Counted from the stretch's first letter, positions 13,949 through 28,051 are shown. The stretch is 64,000 bases of DNA from Eledone cirrhosa (GCA_964016885.1 CAXHJY010000656.1:29166-93165); one strand, 5' to 3'. Numbers and translations are program-made. The notes: generated from the sequence alone by a model not told the origin.

Positions 13949-14010
13949 CATATATGTATATATATATATATATATATATCACCATATATGTATATATATA
14001 TATATCACCA

Positions 14011-14041
<31 letters not shown>

Positions 14042-14072
14042 CACCATATATGTATGTAGATATATATATATA
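13275..14072. repeat. Compound (TA)n/(TATG)n microsatellite punctuated by TCACCA
   Basis: Direct reading. Confidence 0.95.
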
Positions 14073-15228
14073 TCATCATCATCATCAACGTTTAACGTCC
14101 GTGTTCCACGCTTGCATGGGTTTGGACGGGGGTAGTCCCACTTGAGGCAAGAGTGATTGTCTTGCTCGCATAGGACTGTCTGGCAGGTTTTCTACAGTTG
14201 TATGCCCTTCCTAATACCAACCACATTTACAGTGTGGGTCTGGGAGGTTTTTACCGTATTGCCTACACGGCCACATTACAGCGTGGACTGTCTGGCGGGT
14301 TTTCTACAGCTGGATGCCCTTCCTAACACCAACCACATTTACAGTGTGGGTCTGGGAGGTTTTTACCGTGTTGCCTACACGGCCACATTACAGCGTGGGC
14401 TGTGTGTTTTTTGTCGTGACACCTACACGATCTCATTTGTTTCGGCCTGGATGGCGCGGCACCAACATAACTTTACATAGAACGGGGGGGGGGGGGGTGT
14501 ATTTTGTTAGAGATGCCTACTGGCTGGAGTAGGTTTTACAATATATTTAGGTAAGGCGAGTCTTCTCTGTTACTGAGTACCGCCAAAGGTCTCGGTCCAG
14601 TGACATTGTCTTGGAGAGGTGTAAGTGTGTGAGGTCGGAGTTTATCAGCTCGTCCCAGGTTTTTCTAGGTCTGCCTATTCCGTGGCTACCGTCTATCTTT
14701 ATTGCCCTGCACTTTGTTATACAGCTATCGACTTTCATGCGCATCACGTGTCCATACCAACGTAGCCTTCTCTCGATAAACAACATCTGATCCCTCTTAT
14801 CTCTAATTTTTTCCTTAGTTCGTTTATGCTTTGCCGTTCACGTATATTACAGTTACACATCCAGCGGAGCATGCAAGCTTCGTTCCTCTCTAGTCTGCGT
14901 ATATCCTCTGCACACAATGCCCAGGTCTCACTGCCATGCAACATTGCTGTTCGTATGCAGGCATCGTACAACCTGCCTTTCATTTTTAGGGAGAACCCTT
15001 TAGCGGCTAATAGTGGTATAAGCTCTCTGAACTTTTTCCAACCAGTTCTGACTCTAGCTACAGTACTTTCAGAGCACCCTCCCCCACTGCTGATTTTATC
15101 GCCCAGGTAACGGAAGCTGTCCACTATTTCTATAGAACCCTCTGCGCAATTGAAAGAGCTAGTATTTTGTGGGCACTTGCTGCTACTTATTGCACCAGAA
15201 CACCGGCCACATGTAAAATCTATGTTCT
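14073..15228 (-). mobile_element. RTE family A1, 5'-truncated, with (TGA)n tail and ~36-bp TSD
   Basis: ORFs 14744-15124 and 14547-14786; 3' UTR with duplicated 112-bp module; tatatcaccatatatgtatgtagatatatatatata on both flanks. Confidence 0.95.
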
Positions 15229-15348
15229 ATATATCACCATATATGTATGTAGATATATATATATAACACCAGATATGTATGTAGATATATATATCACCAT
15301 ATATATATGTATGTATGTATGTATATATATGTATATATATATATCACC

Positions 15349-15396
<48 letters not shown>

Positions 15397-15480
15397 GTAT
15401 ATATATATTTATATATATATCATGATGTATGTATATATATGTTATGTATGTATGTATGTATATATGTATGTATATATATG

Positions 15481-15512
<32 letters not shown>

Positions 15513-15547
15513 TGTATGTATGTATGTATGTATGTGTGTGTGTGTAT
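15229..15547. repeat. (TA)/(TATG) microsatellite
   Basis: Direct reading. Confidence 0.9.
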
Positions 15548-15968
15548 GTTTTCTCTTTCTCTTAATTTCGAGTATATTTTTTTGACCGGCCACCTTCCTG
15601 GTGGCAAGGTTGTAAAAGAAAAGAAATTGTCATCCCTTGAATCGCAAGAATGTTTTGCATATTTTGAAGGTGCCAGCTATCGCAGCCATTTGTAGACTAT
15701 GAATTAGGGAGCTGCGCTTTTTGTCCGCAAATCCAAGTTCGGTCATACTTTGGTCCAAGCGGGTTGGTATATAACCCGTAGCTCCAATAATGATGGGTAT
15801 GAAGCTAAAGGTGTATCTTGGATACTGGATTTGTAAGCTCCTCATCAATGGTCCGTAGATGTCCTCCTTCTCCTGTATTTTTCTGACAACGTTTACATCA
15901 AGTGGGCAGCTGATCTCCACAACAGAACACGTTTTCAATGTGTGGTCCCAAACTACAATATCAGGCCG
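15548..15968 (-). mobile_element. 5'-truncated non-LTR retrotransposon with restriction-like (PD-D/E-xK) endonuclease, R4/Dong/NeSL-like
   Basis: RPDIVVWD...VVEISCP...EKEDIY...IPIIIGATG...KG* (stop at 15630); short 3' UTR with gccacc-N5-ggtggc hairpin; TATG repeats on both sides. Confidence 0.85.
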
Positions 15969-15989
15969 TATGTATGTATGTATGTATGT

Positions 15990-16595
15990 CAGGTCACCAG
16001 TTGGTGCTACTGGTAACATGTATCCCAGTACAACCTGTCTCATGGTCGGGTCGTTGGCGACTAAACTGGCAACCCCACCAAGGTTTCTTGGTGAGGAGGG
16101 TGACTTTGGACATCCTGCAGGACTAAAAACAAAACCTGTCAAAGGGCAAAGGAGCTCTTAAGAGTCAATGGCCATTCAAAATCACCGGGAGAGATGACCC
16201 CTTAGCCTTTGTCAAGGCAGAATTCTAGGAGAAGGAAAACTCTGATATAACACCTGCAACCCTGATGGTATCCAATGATGTTGACTTGTTCTTCTTTTTG
16301 GTAAATATCATCTTGGTTAAGAGAGTGGGACTGGCTTTGTGCAGTGCCTTTGCTCACTATAAAAGCTTCACGGCACAGGCATTGCTTTATATCTGGAGAT
16401 CTCTCTGCACTTGTCGTCACATGGTACCATGGGCCCAACACTATGTGTCAATAATTGTCACAAGTGTAGTCTTTGTACCAGAGTTTTCAAGTCGCTGGCT
16501 GGACTAAAAAGTCACACTCGTTCAGTGCATCAGTAGGGGTTCTCCTACATGGATATAAAGTAGTGGCCGTACTCGAAAACGAGTTGGCAGCCACC
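15990..16595 (+). mobile_element. Bipartite non-autonomous RTE-B derivative (5'-UTR-like part plus 3' end)
   Basis: RTE-like 5' UTR motif tctaggagaaggaaaactctga; acaggcattgc shared with the 5' edge of the 23070 element; C2H2 remnant [14 protein letters not shown]; terminal ggccgtactcgaaaacgagttggcagccacc followed by (ATGT)n. Confidence 0.7.
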
Positions 16596-17363
16596 ATGTA
16601 TGTATGTATGTATATATGTATGTATGTATATGTGTATGTATGTATATATATATGTATGTATGTGTATGTATATATGTATATATATATATATTATGTATGT
16701 ATGTATGTATGTATATATGTGTGTGTATGTATGTATGTATGTATGTATATATGTGTATGTATGTATATATGTGTATGTATGTATGTATATATATATATGT
16801 GTATGTATGTATATATGTATATGTGTATGTATGTATGTGTATGTATGTATGTATGTATATATATATATGTGTATGTATGTATATATGTATGTATGTATGT
16901 GTATGTATATATGTATGTATATATGTGTATGTATATATATATATATGTGTATGTATATATATATATATATATGTGTATGTATATATATATATGTGTATGT
17001 ATATATATATATATGTATATGTATATGTGTATGTATATATATATATGTGTATGTATATATATATATATGTATATGTATATGTGTATGTATATATGTATAT
17101 GTGTATGTATGTATATATGTGTGTATGTATGTATATATGTGTGTATGTATGTATATATGTGTGTATGTATGTATATATGTGTGTATGTATGTATATATGT
17201 GTGTGTATGTATATATATGTATGTGTATGTATGTATATATGTGTGTATGTATATATATATATGTGTATGTATGTGTATATGTATATATGTATATGTGTAT
17301 GTATATGTGTATGTAATATGTATATATATATATATGTATATGTGTATGTATATATATATATGT

Positions 17364-17395
<32 letters not shown>

Positions 17396-17514
17396 GTGTA
17401 TGTATATATATATGTATATGTGTATGTATATATATATATATATGTGTATGTATATATATATATATATATATATGTGTATGTATGTATATATATATATATA
17501 TATATATGTGTATG

Positions 17515-17557
<43 letters not shown>

Positions 17558-17564
17558 ATGTATA
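16596..17564. repeat. (TATG)/(TA)/(TGTG) microsatellite
   Basis: Direct reading; begins at the RTE-B terminal motif. Confidence 0.95.
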
Positions 17565-18776
17565 TCATCATCATCATCAACGTTTAACGTCCGTGTTCCA
17601 CGCTTGCATGGGTTTGGACGGGGGTAGTCCCACTTGAGGCAAGAGTGATTGTCTTGCTCGCATAGGACTGTCTGGCAGGTTTTCTACAGTTGGATGCCCT
17701 TCCTAACACCAACCACATTTACAGTGTGGGTCTGGGAGGTTTTTACCGTGTTGCCTACATGGCCACATTACAGCGTGGACTGTGTGTTTTTTTGTCGTGA
17801 CACCTACACGATCTCATTTGTTTCGGCCTGGATGGCGCGGCACCAACATAACTTTACATAGAACAGGGTGGTGTGGAGGGGGGTGGGGGGGTGGGGGGGG
17901 GGGGGGGGTGTGTGTGTGTATTTTGTTAGAGATGCCTACTGGCAAGGCGGGTCTTCTCTGTTACTGAGTACCGCCAAAGGTCTCGGTCCAGTGACATTGT
18001 CTTGGAGAGGTGTAAGTGTGTGAGGTCGGAGTTTATCAGCTCGTCCCAGGTTTTTCTAGGTCTGCCTATTCCGTGGCTACCGTCTATCTTTATTGCCCTG
18101 CACTTTGTTATACAGCTATCGACTTTCATGCGCATCACGTGTCCATACCAACGTAGCCTTCTCTCGAGTAAACAACATCTGATCCCTCTTATTTCTAATT
18201 TTTTCCTTAGTTCGTTTATGCTTTGCCGTTCACGTATATTACTGTTACACATCCAGCGGAGCATGCAAGCTTCGTTCCTCTCTAGTCTGCGTATATCCTC
18301 TGCACACAATGCCCAGGTCTCACTGCCATGCAACATTGCTGTTCGTATGCAGGCATCGTACAACCTGCCTTTCATTTTTAGGGAGAACCCTTTAGCGGCT
18401 AATAGTGGTATAAGCTCTCTGAACTTTTTCCAACCAGTTCTGACTCTAGCTACAGTACTTTCAGAGCACCCTCCCCCACTGCTGATTTTATCGCCCAGGT
18501 AACGGAAGCTGTCCACTATTTCTATAGAACCCTCTGCGCAGTTGAAGGAGCTAGTATTTTGTGGGCACTTGCTGCTACTTATTGCACCAGAGCACCGGCC
18601 ACATGTAAAATCTATGTTCTTAGTTAGCTTACCTGTGATCCCACTACATCTTTTATGCACCCATACTTTGCATTTAGGACATAAAATGGAGTTTCTATCT
18701 ACGCCTTTCCTACACACCGAGCACGACCATTTCCCAGAAGGGACCGCCGCCTTGTTTTCTTTCCTACAAACTAGAA
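17565..18776 (-). mobile_element. RTE family A1, 5'-truncated, with (TGA)n tail
   Basis: LVCRKENK...PHD-type finger...YLGD...RLRWYGH; small deletion near 17940 removes the native stop. Confidence 0.95.
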
Positions 18777-18859
18777 TATGTATATATATATATATATATA
18801 TATGTATATGTATGTATGTATGTATGTATATGTATGTATGTATGTATGTATATGTATGT

Positions 18860-18895
<36 letters not shown>

Positions 18896-18901
18896 GTATG
18901 T

Positions 18902-18937
<36 letters not shown>

Positions 18938-19004
18938 GTATGTATATATATGTATGTATGTATATATATATATATGTATGTATATATATATATATATATG
19001 TATG

Positions 19005-19042
<38 letters not shown>

Positions 19043-19488
19043 TGTATGTATATATATGTATATATATGTATGTATGTATATATATGTATGTATGTATATA
19101 TATGTATATATATGTATGTATGTATATATATGTATATATATGTATGTATATATATGTATATATATGTATGTATGTATATATATGTATATATATGTATGTA
19201 TGTATATATATGTATATATATGTATGTATGTATATATGTATATATATGTATGTATGTATATATATATATATATGTATGTATGTATATATATATATATATG
19301 TATGTATATATATATATATGTATGTATATATATATATATGTATGTATATATATATATATGTATGTATATATATATATATGTATGTATATATATATATATG
19401 TATGTATATATATGTATATATATATATATATATATGTATGTATATATGTATATATATGTATATATATGTATATATATATATATGTATG

Positions 19489-19523
<35 letters not shown>

Positions 19524-19620
19524 GTATGTATATATATATATATATGTATATATGTATATATGTATATATATGTATATATATGTATATATATATATATGTA
19601 TGTATATATATATATACATG

Positions 19621-19655
<35 letters not shown>

Positions 19656-19670
19656 GTATGTATATATATG

Positions 19671-19701
<31 letters not shown>

Positions 19702-20176
19702 ATATATATATATGTATATATATATATGTATATATATATATGTATATATATGTATGTATATATATATATATATGTATGTATATATATATGTATGTATATA
19801 TATATGTATGTATATATATATATATATATGTATGTATATATATATGTATGTATATATATATATATATGTATGTATATATATATGTATGTATATATATATA
19901 TATATGTATGTATATATATATGTATGTATATATATATATATATATATGTATGTATATATATATGTATGTATATATATATGTATGTATATATATATGTATG
20001 TATATATATATGTATGTATATATATATGTATGTATATATATATGTATGTATGTATATATATATGTATGTATGTATGTATATATATATGTATGTATGTATG
20101 TATATATATATATATGTATGTATATATATATGTATGTATATATATATGTATGTATGTATATATATATATATGTATG

Positions 20177-20207
<31 letters not shown>

Positions 20208-20224
20208 ATATATATATATGTATG

Positions 20225-20255
<31 letters not shown>

Positions 20256-20320
20256 ATATATATATGTATGTATATATATATATGTATATATATATATGTA
20301 TGTATATATATATATGTATG

Positions 20321-20351
<31 letters not shown>

Positions 20352-20374
20352 GTATGTATATATATATATGTATG

Positions 20375-20409
<35 letters not shown>

Positions 20410-20462
20410 GTATGTATATATATATATATGTATGTATATATATATATGTATATATATGTATG

Positions 20463-20527
<65 letters not shown>

Positions 20528-20672
20528 GTATGTATATATATATATATATATATGTATGTATATATATATATATGTATGTATATATATATATGTATATATA
20601 TGTATGTATATATATATATATGTATGTATATATATATATGTATATATATATATGTATATATATATATGTATG

Positions 20673-20707
<35 letters not shown>

Positions 20708-20712
20708 GTATG

Positions 20713-20747
<35 letters not shown>

Positions 20748-20919
20748 GTATGTATATATATATATATATGTATGTATATATATATATATATATGTATGTA
20801 TATGTATGTATGTATATATATATATGTATGTATGTATATATATATATGTATGTATATATATATATGTATGTATGTATATATATATATGTATGTATATATA
20901 TATATGTATGTATATATAT

Positions 20920-20953
<34 letters not shown>

Positions 20954-20977
20954 GTATGTATATATATATATGTATGT

Positions 20978-21011
<34 letters not shown>

Positions 21012-21358
21012 GTATGTATATATATATATATATATGTATGTATATATATATATGTATGTATATATATATATGTATGTATGTATATATATATATATATATG
21101 TATGTATATATATATATGTATGTATGTATATATATATATATATATGTATGTATATATATATATATGTATGTATATATATATATATGTATGTATATATATA
21201 TATATATATATGTATTTATATATATATATATATATGTATGTATATATATATATATGTATATATGTATGTATATATATATATATGTATATATATATGTATA
21301 TATATATGTATGTATATGTATATATATATATATGTATGTATATGTATATATATGTATG

Positions 21359-21425
<67 letters not shown>

Positions 21426-21998
21426 ATATATATATATGTATGTATGTATATATATATATATGTATATATGTATGTATATATATATATATGTATATATGTA
21501 TGTATATATATATATATGTATATATGTATGTATATATATATATATGTATATATGTATGTATATATATATATATGTATATATGTATGTATATATATATATA
21601 TGTATGTATGTATATATATATATATGTATATATGTATGTATATATATATATATGTATGTATGTATGTATGTATATATATATATATGTATATATGTATGTA
21701 TATATATATATATGTATATATGTATGTATATATATATATATGTATATATGTATGTATATATATATATATGTATATATGTATGTATATATATATATATGTA
21801 TATATGTATGTATATATATATATGTATATATGTATATATGTATGTATATATATATATGTATATATGTATATATGTATGTATATATATATATGTATGTATA
21901 TATATATATATGTATATATGTATGTATATATATATATGTATGTATATATATATATATGTATATATGTATGTATATATATATATATATACATACATATA

Positions 21999-22048
<50 letters not shown>

Positions 22049-22064
22049 TATATACATACATATA

Positions 22065-22122
<58 letters not shown>

Positions 22123-22145
22123 CATACATATATATATGTATATAT
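18777..22145. repeat. 3.4-kb (TA)n/(TATG)n microsatellite
   Basis: Almost pure alternating purine-pyrimidine sequence. Confidence 0.97.
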
Positions 22146-22360
22146 ATTGCTTTATATCTGGAGATCTCTCTGCACTTGTCGTCACATGGTACCATGGGCC
22201 CAGCACTATGTGTCAATAATTGTCACAGGTGTAGTGTTTGTACCAGAGTTTTCAAGTCGCTGGCTGGACTAAAAAGTCACACTCGTTCAGCGCATTGGTA
22301 GGGGTTCTCCTACATGGATATAAAGTAGTGGCCGTACTCGAAAACGAGTTGGCAGCCACC
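22146..22360 (+). mobile_element. 5'-truncated copy of the RTE-B non-autonomous element
   Basis: Near-identical to 16381-16595; encodes [23 protein letters not shown]. Confidence 0.85.
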
Positions 22361-22419
22361 ATATATATGTATGTATATATATATATATATATGTATGTAT
22401 ATATATATATATATGTATG

Positions 22420-22453
<34 letters not shown>

Positions 22454-22479
22454 TGTATGTATATATGTATATATGTATG

Positions 22480-22529
<50 letters not shown>

Positions 22530-22547
22530 TATATGTATATATGTATG

Positions 22548-22638
<91 letters not shown>

Positions 22639-22870
22639 ATATATATATATGTATATATGTATGTATATATATATATATGTATATATGTATATGTATATGT
22701 ATATATATATATGTATATGTATATATATATATGTATATGTATATATATGTATATGTATATATATGTATATGTATATGTATGTATATGTATATATATGTAT
22801 ATGTATATATATGTATATATATGTATATGTATATGTATATATATATGTATATGTATATATATGTATATGT

Positions 22871-22902
<32 letters not shown>

Positions 22903-23069
22903 GTATATATATTTGTATATGTATATGTATATATATATATATATGTATATATATTTGTATATGTATATATATATATATATGTGTATGTATATATATTTGT
23001 ATATGTATGTATATATATATATGTATATATATATATGTATTTGTATATGTATGTATGTATATATATATA
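22361..23069. repeat. (TA)/(TATG) microsatellite, target site of the RTE-B element
   Basis: Direct reading; rare TTTG variants reappear at 27031-27100. Confidence 0.9.
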
Positions 23070-23106
23070 CAGGCATTGCACGAGTGCATTAATAATTATT
23101 AATAGT

Positions 23107-23143
<37 letters not shown>

Positions 23144-26100
23144 TATTATTACTTTTTTTTTTTTTTTTTTATTTATTTATTTATTTATTTTTTTTTTTTT
23201 TTCCCAATTCAATGATGTTCCAGAACAATGTAAACGAGATGATTGCCAATTTGGGTTCTGGAACAAAAGAGATCATTGGCAATAAGGGCAGGGGCCCCAA
23301 GTTATCACAACCTGGGCCCGCCCGTCATCGTGCCATTGTAATAGAGCCAAACAGGGCATTTAGTCTTGGCTGCTGGAACGTACGGACGCTGCTTGACAGG
23401 GATTCTTTGGAGCGTCCTGAACGAAGGACCGCTCTTGTTGCGAAGGAGCTTCGACGTTACGATCTTGACATCGTAGCTTTGTCTGAGACGAGGTTAGCTG
23501 GAGATGGTCATCTTACGGAATTTTGTGGAGAATATACATTCTTCTGGAAAGGAAGAGATGAAGGAACCAGAAGAGAGGCTGGGGTAGGATTTGCTGTTAA
23601 GACTGTACTGGTGAATAAATTAGAAGAATTCCCAGTGGGGATTAGTGAGCGTCTTATGTCCATGAGAGTTCCGCTGGACAAGGGAAGATATGCTACCCTG
23701 GTGAGTGTGTATGCTCCAACTATGAATTCTGTCGATGAAGAAAAACTGTCCTTTTACCATGCATTGAAAGGTGTTTTAAGAAATATCCCTCAGGCAGACA
23801 AAGTCATCGTGCTTGGTGACTTTAATGCTAGAGTGGGTAGGGATTTTAACACATGGAATGTAATCGGAAGGCATGGGGTGGGAAAGTGTAACAGCAATGG
23901 TATGCTCTTGCTGCAGATGTGTGAGGAGCTGGATCTGTGTGTTACCAACACCATGTTCCAACAAAAGAACAAATTCAAGACCACATGGATGCATCCTGCA
24001 TCTAAGGAATGGCATCTTTTGGACTACGTCCTAGTCAGGATGCGTGACAGACAGGATGTGCGGTGTGTTCGTGTTCTTCGTGGAGCTGAGTGCTGGACGG
24101 ACCACCGCCTGGTACGCGCAAAAGTGAATCTAATCACCAAACGTAAAATCCGGGCTCCTGGTGTTACCCTGCCCAAAAGATTGAATGCTGCTCGTCTTAA
24201 GGATAAAAATGTGAAGAGGACATTGGAAGAAGAGATGCAGGCTGCAGATCTTGGTGAGGATTGGCCGACCCTTAAAAAGTCGGTTTACGATGTAGGCAGA
24301 CGTGTTCTGGGATTGGTGCAGAGAAAACATCAGGACTGGTTTAATGAGAAAGATGTGCATATAGATGACTTGTTGGCTGATAAGAGGCGCGCTCTGTCAC
24401 GCTACTTGACGGCAAGACCACAGGAGAGGAATACGTTGCATGAGGAGCTCAGGGATGTAAAATCACGTGTTAGGCGGAGTCTTTCTCAGATGAAGGATCA
24501 GTGGTGGAGTGAGAAGGCTGGTGAGATACAAACTGCGTCTGATTGCAATAACACAAAGCTGTTGTACAGTCTCTTGCGTGAGGTTTATGGACCGTCTTCT
24601 TCTCTGGTGACACCGATTCGCAGCAGGGATGGCAAAGAACTTCTTCGTGACTCACAGGGAATTCTACGAAGGTGGCGAGAGCACTTTGATGATCTTTTGA
24701 ATCAGCCGTCTGTCGTCAGTGAAGATTTCCTCAATCTCATTCCGGAAAGTCCTGTGAAAGTAGCTCTCGCAGAGCCTCCGACACTTGTGGAGGTTGCAGT
24801 GGCTATTTCGAAGCTGAACAGTGGAAGATCTCCAGGTATGGATGGCATACATGCTGAGCTCCTACAATATGGTGGTGAGAGACTCCTGCAACATCTTCAC
24901 TCTCTGTTTGGAAGGATATGGGCTAATGAATCCGTGCCTGAGGACTGGAGAGATGCAGTAATGGTGGTCTTGTACAAGGGAAAGGGTAACAGGAATGATT
25001 GTGGGAACTACAGAGGTATATCATTGCTTTCTGTCGTGGGGAAAGTTTTATGTAGGGTGCTTCTGGACCGTCTGCTGACACACATTGCAGATTGTGTCCT
25101 TCCTGAAAGTCAATCTGGTTTTCGTGTTGGACGCGGCACTACTGATATGATCTTCTCAGCTAGACAGCTCCAGGAGAAGTGCATTGAACAGGGCTTGGAT
25201 CTGTATCAGGTTTTTGTCGATCTGACAAAGGCTTTCGATACTGTCAACAGAGATGCATTATGGAAGGTTCTCCAGAAACTTGGTTGCCCTGATAAGTTCC
25301 TTGCTTTAGTTAGGTCTTTCCATGACGACATGAAGGCTTGGGTTAATGTCGGAGGTAACATGTCGGAGCCTATCTCAGTAAAAAATGGAGTGAAACAGGG
25401 GGATATTCCAGCACCGACCCTGTTTGCCATATACTTTGCAATGGTTTTCTGTATTGCATTCAGGAATTGCGAGCATGGTGTTTACATCCGATATCGAACC
25501 TCAGGCAGCATATTTAACATCAGGCGCTTTGCTGCGAAGACAAAAGTATTTACATCAGTCATAAGAGACCTCTTGTATGCAGATGATTGCGATCTTGTAG
25601 CGCACACAGAGAGTGATATGCAGCACATTTTGAATGTATTTTCTGACGCTTGCACTGCCCTGGGTTTGACTGTCAGTCTCAAGAAAACCGTCGTCATGTA
25701 CCAACCTGCACCTGGTAGGCAGTACACTGAACCAAACATCTATGTGTATGGCAAACGACTTGGAGTGGTTGATCAGTTTGTCTACCTGGGAAGCACTGTC
25801 AATCGATACGGCAACCTTGACAGTGAAATCTCACTTAGGATTAGGAAAGCAAGTGATGCTTTCGGAAAGCTAGAAAGGCGACTCTGGGGTCGGCGAGACA
25901 TATGCAGGAGGACAAAGGTAAAGGTGTACAGGGCATGTGTACTCTCTTGTCTTCTTTATGCCTGCGAGACCTGGGTCACATATCGACGCCACCTTAAGCA
26001 ATTGGAGCGTTTCCATCAGATGTGTCTCAGACGGATACATGGCGTTCGCTGGAGGGACCACATCAGTGATGTCGAGATTTTGGAAAGCTCTATGTGTGAC

Positions 26101-26765
26101 AGTATAGAAGCTCTTGTGCTTAAGCAGCGACTCCGTTGGAGTGGTCACCTTGCCAGGATGAAGGATTCTAGAATACCAAAACAACTCTTCTATGGAGAGT
26201 TGGTTAAAGGAAAACGACCGCCACATAAACCAAAAAAGAGGTATAAGGATTCCTTGAAGGCCTCTCTGAGAGACGCTAACATCTCTGCTGATACATGGGA
26301 AAATGTTGCTGCTGATCGTAATAAATGGAGAAAGACTGTATATGAGGGAAAAGTTGCCTTTGAGGCATCTCGAATCGCACACGAGAAAGTAAAGCGGGAC
26401 GTGAGGAAGGGTATTGCTGTTGCACTTCCAGACGGCGAGGGTCCTCCTATGTTTCTGACATGCAGCGTCTGTGCGAGACTCTGCCTAAGCAAAGCTGGAC
26501 TCGAAAGTCATCTTCGCAGTCATAAAGTAAGACCAGTGGTTGACTACCAGGCTGCTGTTGGAGATGCTACTCATCATGCTTGCCAAACATGTGGTAGAGA
26601 ATGTAAATCAGCAGGAGGACTCAAGCGACATGCAAAAGTACACGAACTCCAACCACAGCCGACTATTCCCAGTAAATGTTTTGGTTGCCGACTCTGTGCA
26701 AGACATTTTGGATCATTGGCTGGGCTAAAAAGCCACATTCGATCGCAGCACTGTTAGTTGCTATC

Positions 26766-26811
<46 letters not shown>

Positions 26812-26890
26812 GCTTATGTGCGTGCGTGTGTGTGTATATATATATGAATATGTATATTATTATTGTTGTTGTCGTTATTATTATTATTGC

Positions 26891-26954
<64 letters not shown>

Positions 26955-26992
26955 GTGCAATGGCCATACTCGATAACGAGGGGGCAGCCATC
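23070..26992 (+). mobile_element. Near full-length RTE LINE, family B
   Basis: Single APE-RT ORF; terminal ggccatactcgataacgagggggcagccatc; ~70-bp microsatellite TSD. Confidence 0.95.
23212..26757 (+). CDS. RTE-B ORF, 1181 aa: APE endonuclease, reverse transcriptase, three C2H2 zinc fingers
   Basis: WNVRTL, LSETR, GVGF, VYAPT, LGDFNA, LDY, TDH; [44 protein letters not shown]; three C-x2-C-x12-H-x3/4-H motifs; no internal stops. Confidence 0.95.
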   Translation: MMFQNNVNEMIANLGSGTKEIIGNKGRGPKLSQPGPARHRAIVIEPNRAFSLGCWNVRTLLDRDSLERPERRTALVAKELRRYDLDIVALSETRLAGDGHLTEFCGEYTFFWKGRDEGTRREAGVGFAVKTVLVNKLEEFPVGISERLMSMRVPLDKGRYATLVSVYAPTMNSVDEEKLSFYHALKGVLRNIPQADKVIVLGDFNARVGRDFNTWNVIGRHGVGKCNSNGMLLLQMCEELDLCVTNTMFQQKNKFKTTWMHPASKEWHLLDYVLVRMRDRQDVRCVRVLRGAECWTDHRLVRAKVNLITKRKIRAPGVTLPKRLNAARLKDKNVKRTLEEEMQAADLGEDWPTLKKSVYDVGRRVLGLVQRKHQDWFNEKDVHIDDLLADKRRALSRYLTARPQERNTLHEELRDVKSRVRRSLSQMKDQWWSEKAGEIQTASDCNNTKLLYSLLREVYGPSSSLVTPIRSRDGKELLRDSQGILRRWREHFDDLLNQPSVVSEDFLNLIPESPVKVALAEPPTLVEVAVAISKLNSGRSPGMDGIHAELLQYGGERLLQHLHSLFGRIWANESVPEDWRDAVMVVLYKGKGNRNDCGNYRGISLLSVVGKVLCRVLLDRLLTHIADCVLPESQSGFRVGRGTTDMIFSARQLQEKCIEQGLDLYQVFVDLTKAFDTVNRDALWKVLQKLGCPDKFLALVRSFHDDMKAWVNVGGNMSEPISVKNGVKQGDIPAPTLFAIYFAMVFCIAFRNCEHGVYIRYRTSGSIFNIRRFAAKTKVFTSVIRDLLYADDCDLVAHTESDMQHILNVFSDACTALGLTVSLKKTVVMYQPAPGRQYTEPNIYVYGKRLGVVDQFVYLGSTVNRYGNLDSEISLRIRKASDAFGKLERRLWGRRDICRRTKVKVYRACVLSCLLYACETWVTYRRHLKQLERFHQMCLRRIHGVRWRDHISDVEILESSMCDSIEALVLKQRLRWSGHLARMKDSRIPKQLFYGELVKGKRPPHKPKKRYKDSLKASLRDANISADTWENVAADRNKWRKTVYEGKVAFEASRIAHEKVKRDVRKGIAVALPDGEGPPMFLTCSVCARLCLSKAGLESHLRSHKVRPVVDYQAAVGDATHHACQTCGRECKSAGGLKRHAKVHELQPQPTIPSKCFGCRLCARHFGSLAGLKSHIRSQHC

Positions 26993-27386
26993 ATATGTAT
27001 GTATATATATATATGTATATATATATATGTATTTGTATATGTATGTATATATATATATGTATATATATATATGTATTTGTATATGTATGTATGTATATAT
27101 ATGTATATATATATATGTATATATATATGTATGTATATATACATATGTATATATATATATGTATGTATATATATATGTATGTATATATATATATGTATGT
27201 ATATGTATGTATGTATATATATATGTATGTATATATACATATGTATATGTATATATATATATGTATGTATATATATATGTATGTATATATATATGTATGT
27301 ATATATATATATGTATGTATATATATATGTATATATATATATGTATATATATATATGTATATATATATATGTATATATATATATGT

Positions 27387-27427
<41 letters not shown>

Positions 27428-27485
27428 TGTATGTATATATATATGTATATGTATATGTATATATATATATATATGTATATATATG

Positions 27486-27518
<33 letters not shown>

Positions 27519-27981
27519 GTATATGTATATATATATGTATATATATATATGTATGTATATATATATGTATGTATATATATATGTATATATATATATGTAT
27601 ATATATATATGTATATATGTATATATATATATGTATATATATATATGCATGTATATATATATGTATATATATATATGTATATATATATATGCATGTATAT
27701 ATATATATGCATGTATATATATATATATATGTATATATATGTATGTATATATGTATGTATATATATATGTATGTATGTAAATATATATGTATGTATGTAT
27801 ATATATATGTATGTATGTATATATATATGTATGTATGTATATATATATATGTATGTATGTATGTATATATATATGTATGTATGTATATATATATATGTAT
27901 GTATATATGTATGTATATATATATGTATGTATATATATATGTATGTATGTATATATATATGTATGTATGTATGTATGTATA

Positions 27982-28017
<36 letters not shown>

Positions 28018-28019
28018 TG

Positions 28020-28051
<32 letters not shown>

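Noticed and set aside
15990-16110. Canonical HDV-like or twister ribozyme
   Set aside because: Partial resemblances (ctaa-actgg, gaggagggt), but the required P1/P3/L3 or twister pseudoknots could not be assembled by eye
23089-23104. 16-bp perfect palindrome attaataattattaat
   Set aside because: Pure A/T in a low-complexity context; expected by chance
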